Of a stretch of DNA of 64,000 nucleotides, positions 24,206 through 36,169 are shown in pieces (position 1 is the stretch's first letter; every line of letters starts with the position of its first letter). Source of the stretch: Camelus dromedarius (Eukaryota); the NCBI RefSeq assembly GCF_036321535.1, contig NC_087437.1, forward strand, positions 17,796,001-17,860,000, written 5' to 3'. The notes beneath the pieces are model-generated. The model worked only from the letters and a program-made list of their open reading frames with translations, did no database searches and was not told the origin of the DNA. The position numbers were made by a program, and so were the translations under genes.

Positions 24206-25529
24206 TTTGAAGGAGGACCGTACTGTCCCAACAAGGTGAGGGGCTGGTGTCTTCAGGACTGTTCATTCTCAGAGCCAAGTAGATGGTCACTTGTGAATTC
24301 TTTTTAATGAATCTTCTTTAGGTTCATTAAACTCTTACAGGGATGAAAGAAGTGGGGAATATTAGATTTTAGATTCATACTGTGAGGTGTGGGAATGGGA
24401 GAGAGGGTTGTCTGGACCAGACTGTGGTTGTGATGGAAATCCACAGGTCCGTAAGCCAGAGACTGGTGCTGACCAGCCTAGGGTTCACCTTGTGGCCACC
24501 AATTCAACAGGAACCAGGAAGATTTGCCTTGTTCACTTGTGCATGCCTAATGGACAGACTCCTGCTTAGGCGCTCAGCCCTGGGGCACAGCTCTCAGGTG
24601 TGTAAGACCTAGTATGGAAACATGTAGTCACACACTTGTGGTCCCCCTTGTCTTCAGCCTCCATGCAGCCCAGCACCCCTCGGTCACTGGGACACTTGAT
24701 TCCACACTCTGAGCTCACTGAGGGCAGATCCTGTTGCCAGCTAGGCTCTGTATCTGCAGCACCCAGCCCTTCCCGCACAGAGGGGGAGCTCAGGAAGCAT
24801 CTGCTGAGTACCACTGTCCATTTCACTGCATCCACAGGTTGCCAAGAACCTTCCTTTGTTCACTGCCACCAGCCAGGACTGACTTAATCATTCTGGATAG
24901 ACAACTAGCTCTGCTAATTCAAAGTTTTTTTCTAGTAAGAGAATCCTCCACTATCCTTATTAATACATTACAGTATTTAATAACCCCCTGGTCAGGAAGT
25001 TCTCCGCCTTAGCTACTCTGTCTCTCCTGTGGAACGCCAAACCTGCTGCCACTATCTGTCCCCTGTAGAGATGGAGAATAATTAACGATACATCCTTCCT
25101 TATGTAATAATTCTTTATCTGCTTGAAGGTTATTTACTAGCCTTATAAAAATTGTGTTTCTATTGCCCTGATCCCAGGATGCTAGTATAATGGAATGATA
25201 GAGAAGTGAGGACTGACACAAACCCTAACCTCCACTTCTTTCCTGCCATGATTTTAATCAAATGTCGAACGAAAAGATGGGTAAGTAATGAGGGCCCAGG
25301 TCAATACGGCTCCGAGATGTCCCATCGTGCAGGGCTGTGTCTGTGCAGCTGTAGTTCACGCTCACTTTCTGCAAACCCACTCCCCACGGGCCCCTGGGCC
25401 CCAGAGCACAGCCACCATGGGCAGGCCCTTGCCTTCTGAGGGCCACCGCCCTCACCCGGATGCTTGAATTCAACACAGATCTCACAAATGCTTCTGCCCA
25501 GAGCCACATTTTTGAGTGCTTATGCAAAA

Positions 25530-25752
25530 TTCCTTCAGGCACTGTTCCAAGTGCTTTCCGTGTATCATCTCTTCTGATCTTCACTGCTACTTATAGAGCA
25601 GGTTTTATAATCAGCCCCATTTTATCGAAAATGAAATGAAAGACTAGTCAGTTTACTTGTCCCAAACCTTACAGCTTAAAATCAGCAGAGCCAGGATCTA
25701 CACCACAATAGCCTGACTCCAGAGCCTGGGCTTATAACCCAACAGCATAATG
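25530..25752 (-). mobile_element. MIR SINE
   Basis: caggcactgttccaagtgcttt...cagccccattttatcgaaaatgaaatgaaagact...gcagagccaggatct...gcctgactccagagcc. Confidence 0.75.
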
Positions 25753-26269
25753 CCACCAGGGCTTAGCACAAGGCCTGGCACACAGCAGGTGCCTAATATA
25801 TGTCTGGTGAATTTCAGTGAGATGGGTGATCTATTCTGTAAGGATCTGGTTATATAAGGGGAGCTTTCCCAACAAGTCTCAGCTTTCCTTTCAAAACATT
25901 ATTTTGCCTGTCAGACAGTCAAAAGCAAAACTTCCAGAATTCAAGAATAGCAGTGATGCAAAGGACGTCATCATTTGGGTGTTTCAAGCATTCATTCCTT
26001 AAAGTCAAAGGATCTCTTACTGTGATGGGAGGAAGAAGGAGCCTAATATAAGAAAGAACACAGAATAGTTTTCAATATTTTAGGTACCGTTCACATAAGG
26101 AGCAAATAAATTCATGATCAAATCCTAAACCAAGCATCCAATATGAATGCATCCGAGACCTAGAAAAAAACAAAAGCAATGGCTCCTGACCTCAAATACT
26201 TACAATATAATTATGGTGACAAAATGTAAGCAGTAGAATCTTGGGAAAGGAAAGGACCTAGGGCATCTA

Positions 26270-26535
26270 GCCTTCCTTGCGCGGGCCTCAAGGAGCTGCA
26301 TGATCACAACGCTGCCGGCCTCTCCCCCTCACTCACTTGCTCCAATCCCAGGGCCTCCCTCCTTTTCTTTCAATGACAAGTCGGTTCCACCGGAGACCCT
26401 GGGTACTAGCTGTGTCCTCTGTCTGGAAGGTTCTGTCCTGTGTCCTTAACATGTCCCTTCATGTTGCTCCAGTGTCAGCTCCAATGTCTCCTCCTCAGAG
26501 AAGCCTTCCCTGAACTCTCAGGCTGAACTATGCAT

Positions 26536-26574
<39 letters not shown>

Positions 26575-26712
26575 CAGTTTTAGACTATCTTCTGATTTTT
26601 TTTTTTACACGTTAATCATCTGTCTCCTCCACTGAATTTGTATTCCTGGACATGTGTTGACTGTGTCCCTAGCACTTAGATTCGTGCCTGGTACTATTAT
26701 TGAGTGATTCAA
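26270..26712 (+). mobile_element. L2 fragment containing a (CA)n microsatellite (~26539-26573)
   Basis: cagctccaatgtctcctcctcagagaagccttccctga...ccctagcacttagattcgtgcctggtactattattgagtgatt. Confidence 0.75.
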
Positions 26713-26724
26713 TTGCTTTTTAAT

Positions 26725-28085
26725 CTGACTTTTTGGGGGGGTTATAATTTGCACACAAAGAAATTCACCTGTTTTAAGAGTATCATTCAGTAGGTTTGAC
26801 AGTTAGGTATGTGTACAGTTAGTTAATCATGACCACAATCATGAGACAGAACATTTTCATCATCCCAAACTTCTCTTGTGTCTTTTTGTGGTTAATCCCA
26901 CTCCTCCCCTGACCCCTGGCAATCATGGATCCTATATATGTCGAGTGTGTGTGTATAAAATTTCTGAATATAATTTGGAACATTTTAGTAGCTCACTTCA
27001 TTCAATAATTTTATTGAGTAGATGCTTCCTAGTTGGTGTTTTGATTAGCTTCAACTGATTTATTGAGATATAATTGATATATAATAAAACACATATATTT
27101 AAAATGTACAATTTATTCAGTTTTAACATATATTTACACCATGAAACCATCACCACATGTAAGATATCATATCTAGCATTCCTGAAATATTCCTCATGTC
27201 CTGTGTAATCATTCCCTCCCATCCCACTTCACCATTCCTCATCCCCAGGCAATGACTGTATTGCTTTTTATAATATAGTTTGCATTTTCTACAGTTTGCA
27301 ATTTTATATAAATGGAATCACAAGATATATGCTGTTTTTTGCTCTGGCTTCTTTCACTCAGCATAATTATTTTGAGATTCATCCATGTTTTTGGTTTTTT
27401 GCGAGGTCATTCCTTTTTTTTTATTGCTGAGTAATATTCTGCTATATGGACATACCACAACTGGTTTCTCCATTCACCTGGTGATGGACTTTCAGGTTGT
27501 TTCCAAGTTTTTGGTGATTGCAGATACAGCAGATATGAAAATTCGTGTACAAGCTTTGAATGGACACATGCTTTCATGCTGAATGAAAGAAGTCAGACAA
27601 AAAAAGACAAAAAAAGACAATCATACTGATTGATGGCACTATAGAAAATTTTAGAAAATGCAGAAAGCTAATCAATGGTTGCTAGAGGCTGGAGAGTGGG
27701 GGAGGGAGAGATTAGAAAGAGGTATGTGGAAATATTTAAGGGTGATGGATATGTTTATTACCTCAATTTCAGTGATGATTTCATGGGTATATATGTATGG
27801 GAAAACTTACTGAGTGTGTAACTTTAATCATGTGCATTTTATTGAATGTCCATTATACTTTAGTGAAGGTTTTGAAATATTGGTCACTCAGAATTAGTAA
27901 TAAAAACAAGCCCTCTGTGCATCCAGACAATGGAATTCTATTCAGCATTAACAAGGAACAAACTGTGGAGACGCGCAACATCATGGATGAATCTTTAAAG
28001 CATTATGTTGAGTGAAAGAAGCAGAACACAAAAGATTATCAAATGTAAGGTTGTATTTAATGAAATATTAGCGAAGGCAAGAGCA
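26725..28085. mobile_element. Cluster of old L1 3' fragments in both orientations (26725-26990 -, 27050-27576 -, 27577-27872 +, ~27905-28085 +)
   Basis: Antisense 3'UTR text such as tttattgagatataattgatatataataaaac and ctggcttctttcactcagcataatt; sense text such as gctgaatgaaagaagtcagac and catccagacaatggaattctattcagcattaacaaggaac. Confidence 0.8.
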
Positions 28086-28379
28086 CAATGGCAAACATCT
28101 GCTTCAATCCAAGAGTGAGCAGTAGGTTCCAGATATACCCTCCTGCCTAAAACAATCAAAAAACACCCCCAAACCCAGATGTGAAATGACAGTTTCATAA
28201 CTGATAAACAAACCTTTTTGCACAAACTATTAGAATCTTTATCAGAACAAATCTAGTTCCTTAAAATAAAAAAAAAAAAAAAGGCCATGGTTTTATAGCC
28301 ACACAGAGCAAAAGCCAACATCTTTACGTCTTGCAAGCCTGCACAAAATCTGCTGCTCCCCCTGCACCCCCATCCTGGA

Positions 28380-28800
28380 CACGTTACTGCATTCACTTCA
28401 GGCCGGCAGATGCTCCAAGACCACTGTCACTTTGGATTTCTGCACTCTGTCTGGCTGGGATGCCAGTCCCACTGGTCAATTCACGCGCCTCGTATCCTCA
28501 GATCCTTTGGGTCTCTGCACAAACCTCACCACCACCTCACTCACCGTTCTACTTGAAATTACAACACCCTCCTCCTTAGCTCTTCTGACTCACCTCTCTA
28601 CTTAATTATTCTTATTATGATCTGACACACCCTATATTTTACCTGCTTATTTCTTAGTTAGTCTCTGTGTTCCTCTTGTTGAACGTAAGCTCCGTGAAGA
28701 CAGAGCTTTTTTCCCCCCCTGTTTCCTTTACTGCTCTATTCTTAACACTGGGAAGGTGCCTGGCATACAATAGGCGCTCGCTAAATACGTGCTGGATCAG
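28380..28800 (+). mobile_element. L2 3' fragment
   Basis: gaacgtaagctccgtgaagacagag...aggtgcctggcatacaataggcgctcgctaaatacgtgctgga. Confidence 0.75.
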
Positions 28801-28989
28801 GGACTGAAACAAACAAGCTCGGCTAAATGAGCACAGGAACAACATTTACATCATGGTATCGTTGAGACGTATTATCTTAAATAAGATAAACTAAAGGGAG
28901 TGCCCCGCAGGAAAGCAAACCGTAAACCAGGTCATCAGTCTGTGTCTAGTCCTACACGTGGGGGATAGGACGCGTAGCAGCAGCAGTAA

Positions 28990-29222
28990 TAATAATAGTA
29001 ATAATGAGCAGCATGTATTAAAACTCTGCCAGGTGCTGTTTTACCTGTTTTCTACGTATTAACTCGTTTCATTCTCACAACAATTTTATGAGATAGGTAA
29101 GATTATTACACTTATTCTTTAGGGAGGAAAACTCAGGCAGTGAGATTTCAGAGCCCAGCTGTGACTCGCACCCAGGCAATGCTTCCAGAGCCTCTGGTTA
29201 CGAGCACTGTGTGATACTGTCT
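28990..29222 (-). mobile_element. MIR SINE
   Basis: tgccaggtgctgttttac...attaactcgtttcattctcacaacaattttatgagatagg...gaggaaaactcaggcag. Confidence 0.8.
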
Positions 29223-30699
29223 CTTGAAATCCTAGCATTCAACATTTTCCCTCCATCTAAAGCTTTCTGGGGCTTTTCTATTAGAAAATATTGCAATTTA
29301 AACAGCTCCTATTCTCCAGGCTGAGCTTTTATACAAACTCTGAGTTTATTTCCCATGAATAACAGAAAACTGAGACTTTGGAAGCATGGCTCAAAGAATT
29401 GTGTTGACAGCAGTCCGGGTCAGACTGCTGGCTGGGATTCTTGTCTGTGGTGACTGGTAAAGGCCCTGAGGTGCCAGGTGGCATTCTCCTGCCTCCAAAC
29501 AAGCCCACACAGCCCACATGACTGTATCAAAGACACAGCGACCTCTTCCCTATGGCCATCAGGATTTCCAGTATTCTGAGGATCTGCCGTCTCCAGTAAG
29601 CTTCCTGGGTCTGCATGCTGCTGTTTCCCAATCGTCAAGGACTGGCTTTTTTGATAGCCAAGAATGCTTAGACACATAAATGCACTGACAAGAAGCTCCT
29701 TTAGTCTCAGCTGAAATACTACTTTACCCAAGGTCAGGATTAATTTATGCTCCTGAGCTGGCCTCCAGTTAACAGACGTGTAGACAGCTTTATTGGCCTG
29801 ATTTTCATCCTTTTATGAAGTCAAGCACACAGAACCTCCATGGACTTATCCCAGACTGTAAGAGGAAGCCGGCATTTGAATTAGGGGTTTTGTGCAGAAT
29901 ATGAAATGGGATTTACGGGCATCATATTTAAGTTTACTGAGTATTTGCAACACAAGAGCCTACATGTAACAAAGTTAAATGTGAATGGAAAATAAAACCG
30001 GGGGGAAAATATATTTTGAACAGTGGAGGATAAGGAATCTGGGACTGACTTTATCTGACTGAAGCATCTCCCGGTTATGATCTAGCCCGGCAGATCCAGC
30101 CCAGAGGCAGCCATGCACATGATAAATCATTTCTTGATGAGCTGGCCCTTTAGATGGTCTCCTGCAGACAAAACCTCACACTTGGGATACAGTTTATCCT
30201 CCTCTCACATCCCTCCCTCCATAGAGTCATTTTCAAGAATTCTGAATTCAGAATATTTTTTCACTTTGATGTAAATTCGTGTTTTTTAGAATTAACCCAG
30301 CAAGAGCAAAACCATCACACAGGACGTGCTCTTAAAGTTTCCCAAGGAGCAGCAAAACTCAGAAGACCTGAAGAACTGTTTTCATGTTCTAAAATCTTCC
30401 CTGCTGACCATGTGACAATCATTTGGATTCAGTTCTTTAAAAGGATTTTTTTTTTTTTTTTGAGAAAAGAATGAGACCCGGAGATGTGAATGTGTGTCCT
30501 GTCACCATGGGTTTGGGTGGGAGGTGGGACAGAACAGAACTGTGGAAATGTGTCAGACTTCTTGAGAACCTAGAAGCAGGTAGTGAAGGGATAAAGAAAC
30601 TGCAGAATGGAAATAGATATAAAGCCAGGTCCTTAGATAAACCCAGGCTGTGAACCCAAGATCTGCCTTAGGGAAATCCACATGGGGAAATCACTAGAG

Positions 30700-30998
30700 C
30701 TGTCCCCTTTGGGAACATTATAGGATTATACTTCCTTAGCTACCTGAAGTCAGTGGTGGCCATGAGACATGCTTGCTGAGTGAGATGTGAGCAGAAACTA
30801 TAAGAATCAGTGTGTACTTCTGCTTTTCCATCTGACATGGTGAACAGCAATATTTAATACATAGCTGCTTCAGAAGCCCAGATCTTTTCCAGTCTACAAT
30901 GGACAGATAAGTGAGAAAAATTCTTTGTTGCTTTAAGTCACTGAGATTTTCTGGGATGTTTGTTACTGTGTATACCCTAACCCACCTTGACTAATATA
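30700..30998 (+). mobile_element. MaLR LTR fragment (MLT1H-like)
   Basis: gtggtggccatgagacatgcttgctgagtgagatgtgagcagaa...ctttgttgctttaagtcactgagatttt...tttgttactgtgtataccctaacccaccttgactaata. Confidence 0.7.
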
Positions 30999-31580
30999 TT
31001 AGGAGAGCCAAATGATTGAAATATGTAAATATAAAGTATACTTAGAATTAAAATAGGTCTTGGGGACAAGATATTCAAGACTTTATTTCCTGTTAGGAAA
31101 GGTATTTCTGGCTCACTCTTCTGAATGAAGTCAGTTGAAAATAACACAGGGAATAAAACATTTTTTAAAAAGTTTTCAAATTAGATGAAACTTGGAAAGA
31201 GACACATTTCTGAAGCAAAGCCATAAAAAGTGGCTGCCAAATGTCTTACAAAGTGGACCCAAGTAAAGGAAAATAAACACATGTCTCTGCAGGTCTCGGG
31301 CAGTAGTCAGGGCTCTTTAAGAGAGGCGGTCCATCCCTCAGTACCAAAATCCACCCCCCCCCAAAAAAAAATCAACTCCCTTCCTTGGAAGAAAAAGCTC
31401 TGGTGTGCGGGCAGTCTGCAAGATGCCTCTGGACCCGGTCTGATGCGTGCACTGAGGTGCAGGAAGGACTGAACAAGGAAACACGGACACACTGTATTTG
31501 CAGGAGGTCAGCTGAAAGAGTGGCAGGTGATGCTGACATTGTGGTGGCTGATCTTGGTCAGCTGAGGAGAAATTTTAAAC

Positions 31581-31760
31581 CAGCGATTTTCTAACCATGA
31601 TCCCTGGATCAGTATAACCAGCATCATTTGGGAACTTGTTAGAAATGCAATCCTTGGGCCCCATCACAGACCGACTGAATCAGAAAGGTGAAGCTTTTTA
31701 TAATCTATACTTTAAGAAGCCCACCAGTGTTCTGATGCAACTCAGATTTGGGAACCGAAG
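31581..31760 (+). mobile_element. MER5A
   Basis: cagcatcatttgggaacttgttagaaatgcaatccttgggccccatcacagaccgactgaatcagaa...ttctgatgcaactcagatttgggaacc. Confidence 0.85.
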
Positions 31761-32904
31761 CTCTAATTCGTCATCCACAGGCTTCTTCATGTTCAGAATT
31801 TCACCTGAGCCAGGCAGACTAACCCCCTGACAACAGAAGGAGACCCACATTGCCACTGCCCAGCTCGCTCTCCTGACACTCCTTCACACTCTTCTTCAAT
31901 CAGTATCAGGTCCCAGTTTCAAACTCTCTCATGCAAAAATATTGAGAAAGAGAAAAAATGACCAATAGAACATAAAAATACAATATTCACCAAAAAATTA
32001 TACCAGATGCAAATGAAAATGAGATACAGATGTTTTCCCATGAAAGTAAAATACAAACAGAAAAACAAAGTGGTAACAACGCTGACAAAACTAAGGCCCC
32101 TGTAAAATAAGAGTTTATGAAAAGGTCTAAAGAGGTGTGTGATGCTAACCTCTAAGAGAATGAAGTATTTTGCTTTTTTGGCATAACCTAGGAAGACTGT
32201 GGGCTTCTCCAAGAATCACCATATTCTGCCTGGTGCTATATCCCACATCGAGCTGAGCGATAGAACAGAACCATTAAGGGAGATGCTAGGCAAACAGGCT
32301 TAAGACAATGCACTTACTCCCTCTGGCCCTGTCACCATGGCCTGCAAGTGTCAGGTAGATGTCCCAGAAGTTCCCTGTTCTGGTGAGTGGGAGTGGAAGA
32401 GTATAGAAAATAACAAAAAAGTGTTGACTGGTGAGCTCAGGAGGATGAATAATGGTGTCACAAAATCTCAGCTGGAATGAGACAACCCAAGCCAGTGGCC
32501 AAGCAAGGATCCTGCTGTTTCTCAGAGGATCTCAGAGGATCAACAGAGTGAGGGCTGACCTGAGGACCAAGGAAACAAATCAGAGGCACTGGGACTTTAC
32601 TGTGGAAGGAGAACAGACCACAAGGAACCCTGGCCATCGTGTTTGACAACACAATGCATGGAGGAGCAAAGGATGGCCCGGGGGTAAGATATAAACCCTG
32701 CCACCCCCAGCCCATACCCACAGGACCCAGCTCACCTCTGGGAAGAAGGGAAGGAGTAGAAAGAGGCAGGAGAATTCCCCTATTGACTAAGGTTAAATCT
32801 AGAGTGATATGATTAGTTACCTGAAGTAGACATCTAATGGACAAAGAAAAAATTTGCCTCATTATCTATCATTGGGAATGAAGAAATGAAGGCATGATGG
32901 AAAC

Positions 32905-33227
32905 AGTCAATTCCTGACACAGAGATTCTAAATCCCTTGGAATTTCCTGGATGACAAGAGTGTCTTTTGTTCTAATAAGATGACTCTTGGTGGGCTTCTG
33001 AATAAATGCAGGATGGGGGCTGGTCACCTGAAACACAAAGCCATGATTAGCAGCTTGGAACTCTCAGCTCCACCCCATTGTCCTGGAAGGGCAGAGGGGC
33101 TGGAGACTGAGTTAATGATTGATTATGCTTACATGATGAAGCCTCCATGAAAATCCCTAAAGTACAGGATTCAGGGAGCTTCTGGGTTGCTGAACACATG
33201 GAGGTTCTAGGAGAGGGGTGCACCTGA
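32905..33227 (+). mobile_element. MER21-like ERVL LTR fragment
   Basis: ttcctgacacagagattctaaatcccttggaatttcctg...ggatgggggctggtcacc...aagccatgattag...gggagcttctgggttgctgaacacatggaggtt. Confidence 0.8.
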
Positions 33228-33519
33228 TGAGGGCATGACCGCCGAGGGAGAGGGATGAAGACGTGAAAAAGTGTACACTGGCCCTTAAATTCCTCCCACC
33301 CCAAAAGGTCTGAGGCACATCACTTCTACTCATATTTCACTGTGCAGAGCAAATCACATTTTCATCCTTGCATGGTTATGGAGAGATGCAATTCTACCAT
33401 AAGCCCACAACGAGTGCATTTTAAACAATCCTAGTGCTAAAAAGCAACAGCAATAACAAAAATTAAGCAAAGCAGATTGATGTGATTAATTAAAAACAAA
33501 ACAGAAACAATAATAGAAG

Positions 33520-34015
33520 TAAATACTCATGTGTGTTGCAGACTCTGAGTCTCTCACAAATCTAATTTCTCTGTCCTTTAGCAGTAGAGTTTAGCTGGGT
33601 GCCTGTCAGCCCTGCAAAGACCACAGTTTTCAGCCTCACTGTAGCTCCGTGGGTCACGTAATTAAAGCTTGCACTAATGGATGGGAACAGAAATGATGAG
33701 CGCCCCATCTATGTGACTTATTTTAAAGGAAATGTCTTGCTTTGGGTTTCCTCCTCATTCCCTGCTCTACTCTGAATGCAGACTTGGCAGTGATCCCACT
33801 TTGGCCACACAGATGAAGAAAGTAGCCTTGAAGTAGGCAGAACTATGGGGGAGAATCGGGATTTGGGGTGGCTTTGTGAAACAAATCTCTGACCACTCCA
33901 GACCAATTGGCCTGTTCTGTGAAAGAGAACTCAACTTCTCTATGGTTTAAGCCACAATAATTTGGTGGGTTTTGTTGTTGTTGCTGTTGTATCAGCTTAG
34001 CTTTTAGCCTAATAA
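33520..34015 (+). mobile_element. MaLR LTR (MLT1I/J-like)
   Basis: tttcagcctcactgtagctccgtgggtcacgtaattaaag...aacagaaatgatg...aacttctctatggtttaagccac...tgtatcagcttagcttttagcctaata. Confidence 0.7.
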
Positions 34016-34054
34016 AATGACACCTGAAAACCAATCTTTTTAAAAGGGCTATGA

Positions 34055-34125
34055 CTGGGACACTGTGCTGTACACCAGAAATCAGCACATCGTAACTGAC
34101 TATACTTCAATTTAAGAAATCTGAA
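34055..34125 (+). mobile_element. Very short 5'-truncated L1 tail with target-site duplication
   Basis: ctgggacactgtgctgtacaccagaaatcagcacatcgtaactgactatacttcaatt is the last ~60 nt of the same L1 family as the 1742 and 53260 copies. Flanks aaaagggctatga (34042-34054) and aaaaaggctatga (34126-34138). Confidence 0.85.
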
Positions 34126-34239
34126 AAAAAGGCTATGAAATAAATGATGCTAGGTAATGTAGTTAGGTAATAAACAGGAACAAAACTAGAAATGAGTGTG
34201 AAGAAGTGACCTTAAATAATGACAGAACTCAATGACTTT

Positions 34240-36165
34240 TGCACGTACTTTCTTTGACACTAGGCAAATAAATGACACCTGGATGAAATGATGGCTTTTC
34301 TATGATATCTTACTTTTCCAAACTCTACCTCCAAGAAAATGTATAACTGAACTGGTGTCAGAAGTGAACACAATCAAATAATCAAGACAAATAGAATTTC
34401 AACACTATGCAAACTGTCCTAAACTATAAAGAGAAAAATAACTCTTCCAAATTTTGTCTGGAAAATGTGAATAACTTTGACAATAGAACTTGACCAAGAT
34501 GGCACAAAAATAGAAAACTACATCTCAGTTATACTCATAATATCATTGGAAAGGTCATAAATAAAATATCATTTGCCTACTGGAAAATACATTCAGCAGC
34601 AAAATAAAAGTCGAATGTACCACAACCCGAGAATGTTTTGCTACTGGAAACATTTTTTTAATGGAATAATCTGCATTAGTAGACAAAAATGTGAGATGAT
34701 CAAATTATTCTTTAAACAAAACATAATGTACATGTTTGATTTGAAATGTCTCACTATAATAAAATAAATAGAAACTTTATTATAATGCTCTATATGCAGC
34801 AGTATGGTTAATTGTATACATACAGTGTTATGATTAATTTCACTAGAAGCATTTCCATTAGAGTAGGAAATAAGAAAGGAAGCTGCCATCAACAATGTTA
34901 TGGAGCATTGCTCCAGAAGTTCAGGCTAATGCCGGAAAAGGAATATAAGTGGTATAACATTTAGAAAAAAGGACACAAAACAATTATTTTTCGCATATGA
35001 TATACTTTTAACCTGGAAAATACAAGATGATCAACTGGAAAATATTTTTAAGAATAGAGAGAGTTCAATAAATCACCTGGTTACATTCTTAAGCACAAAA
35101 AAAATAGCTTTTCAGTATCCAAGTAAGCTCTAAATGCTGATGGAAAAATGTGTTACCTAAAATAGCAATAAGAAGTATGAATTACTAAAGAAAAACTTGG
35201 GGAAATGTGCTGTACTTACACAATATAAAGTTCTAAGCTTTGTTGAAAGACAAAGGAGACTTGACTAAATTAAAGATCTACTGTGTTCTTGCTTAGGACT
35301 TGATATGATTAAAATGTTAATTATTTCTAAGTCAATCTAGAATTTCAATAAAATGCAATAAAAAGGCAGAAAAGATTTTTCTCTTAGACAAGAGTATTTC
35401 ACATTTCAGATGAAAAATAAATATTTGAGGATAGCCAGAGCAAATCTATAAAAGAAGAATTATAAGGGGGCAGTATACCAAATAGGAAAATGTTTAATAA
35501 ACTTACAGTAATTAAAACAATCTGGTACTGGCACATGAACAAACAGACCATTGGAAAAGAGAGTTCAGAAATATATCCAAGCCCATATGGGTATTTCATT
35601 TATGAAATGTGGCATTACCAGTGGGAAAATGATGGATTAGGAAGCAAATGATGTTGTGGACAACAGGCTAGCCATTTGGAACAAAATAAACTGTGATCAC
35701 TACCTTATTTATTACATCAAAAATGAATTACTTGCATCAAAATTTTAAACATAAAAAATGAAATCATAAAAAAAAATGAGGGAATTTATTTGTAATACTT
35801 GTGCAATCTCACTAATAATTACGAAAATATGCATTGAAATGAAATCAAAATATGTTTTGTCTATCAGATTAAATTTTTAAAATACACTGTATAGTTGCAA
35901 AATAGATATTTTCACACCTATTGGTGAGATTGCAAATTTAATGAAAGCTTTTTAAAGGGATGTTTGGCAATTTTAACCCAGAAATTCCAAGTCTATGAAT
36001 TTAACTTTCAGATGCACTTGCCCATTGTATAAATACGTATGCAGAAGAGTGTTTATTTCAGCATTGGTAGTAAAAGCAAAAAATTTAAAAAGAGAAACAA
36101 TTTAATTGTCCATTACTGTATTGCTGGTAAATAAGGTAGGGCAAATCTCTACAATGGAATTCTAC
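34240..36165 (+). mobile_element. Highly decayed ancient L1 (L1M/L1ME) ORF2 region
   Basis: A-rich strand with ORF2 landmarks acctggatgaaatg, tttcgcatatgatatac (FADDM-like), acagtaattaaaacaatctggtactggcacatgaacaaacagacc and aaatgatgttgtggacaacaggctagccatttgg. No intact frame. Confidence 0.8.
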
Positions 36166-36169
36166 GATT

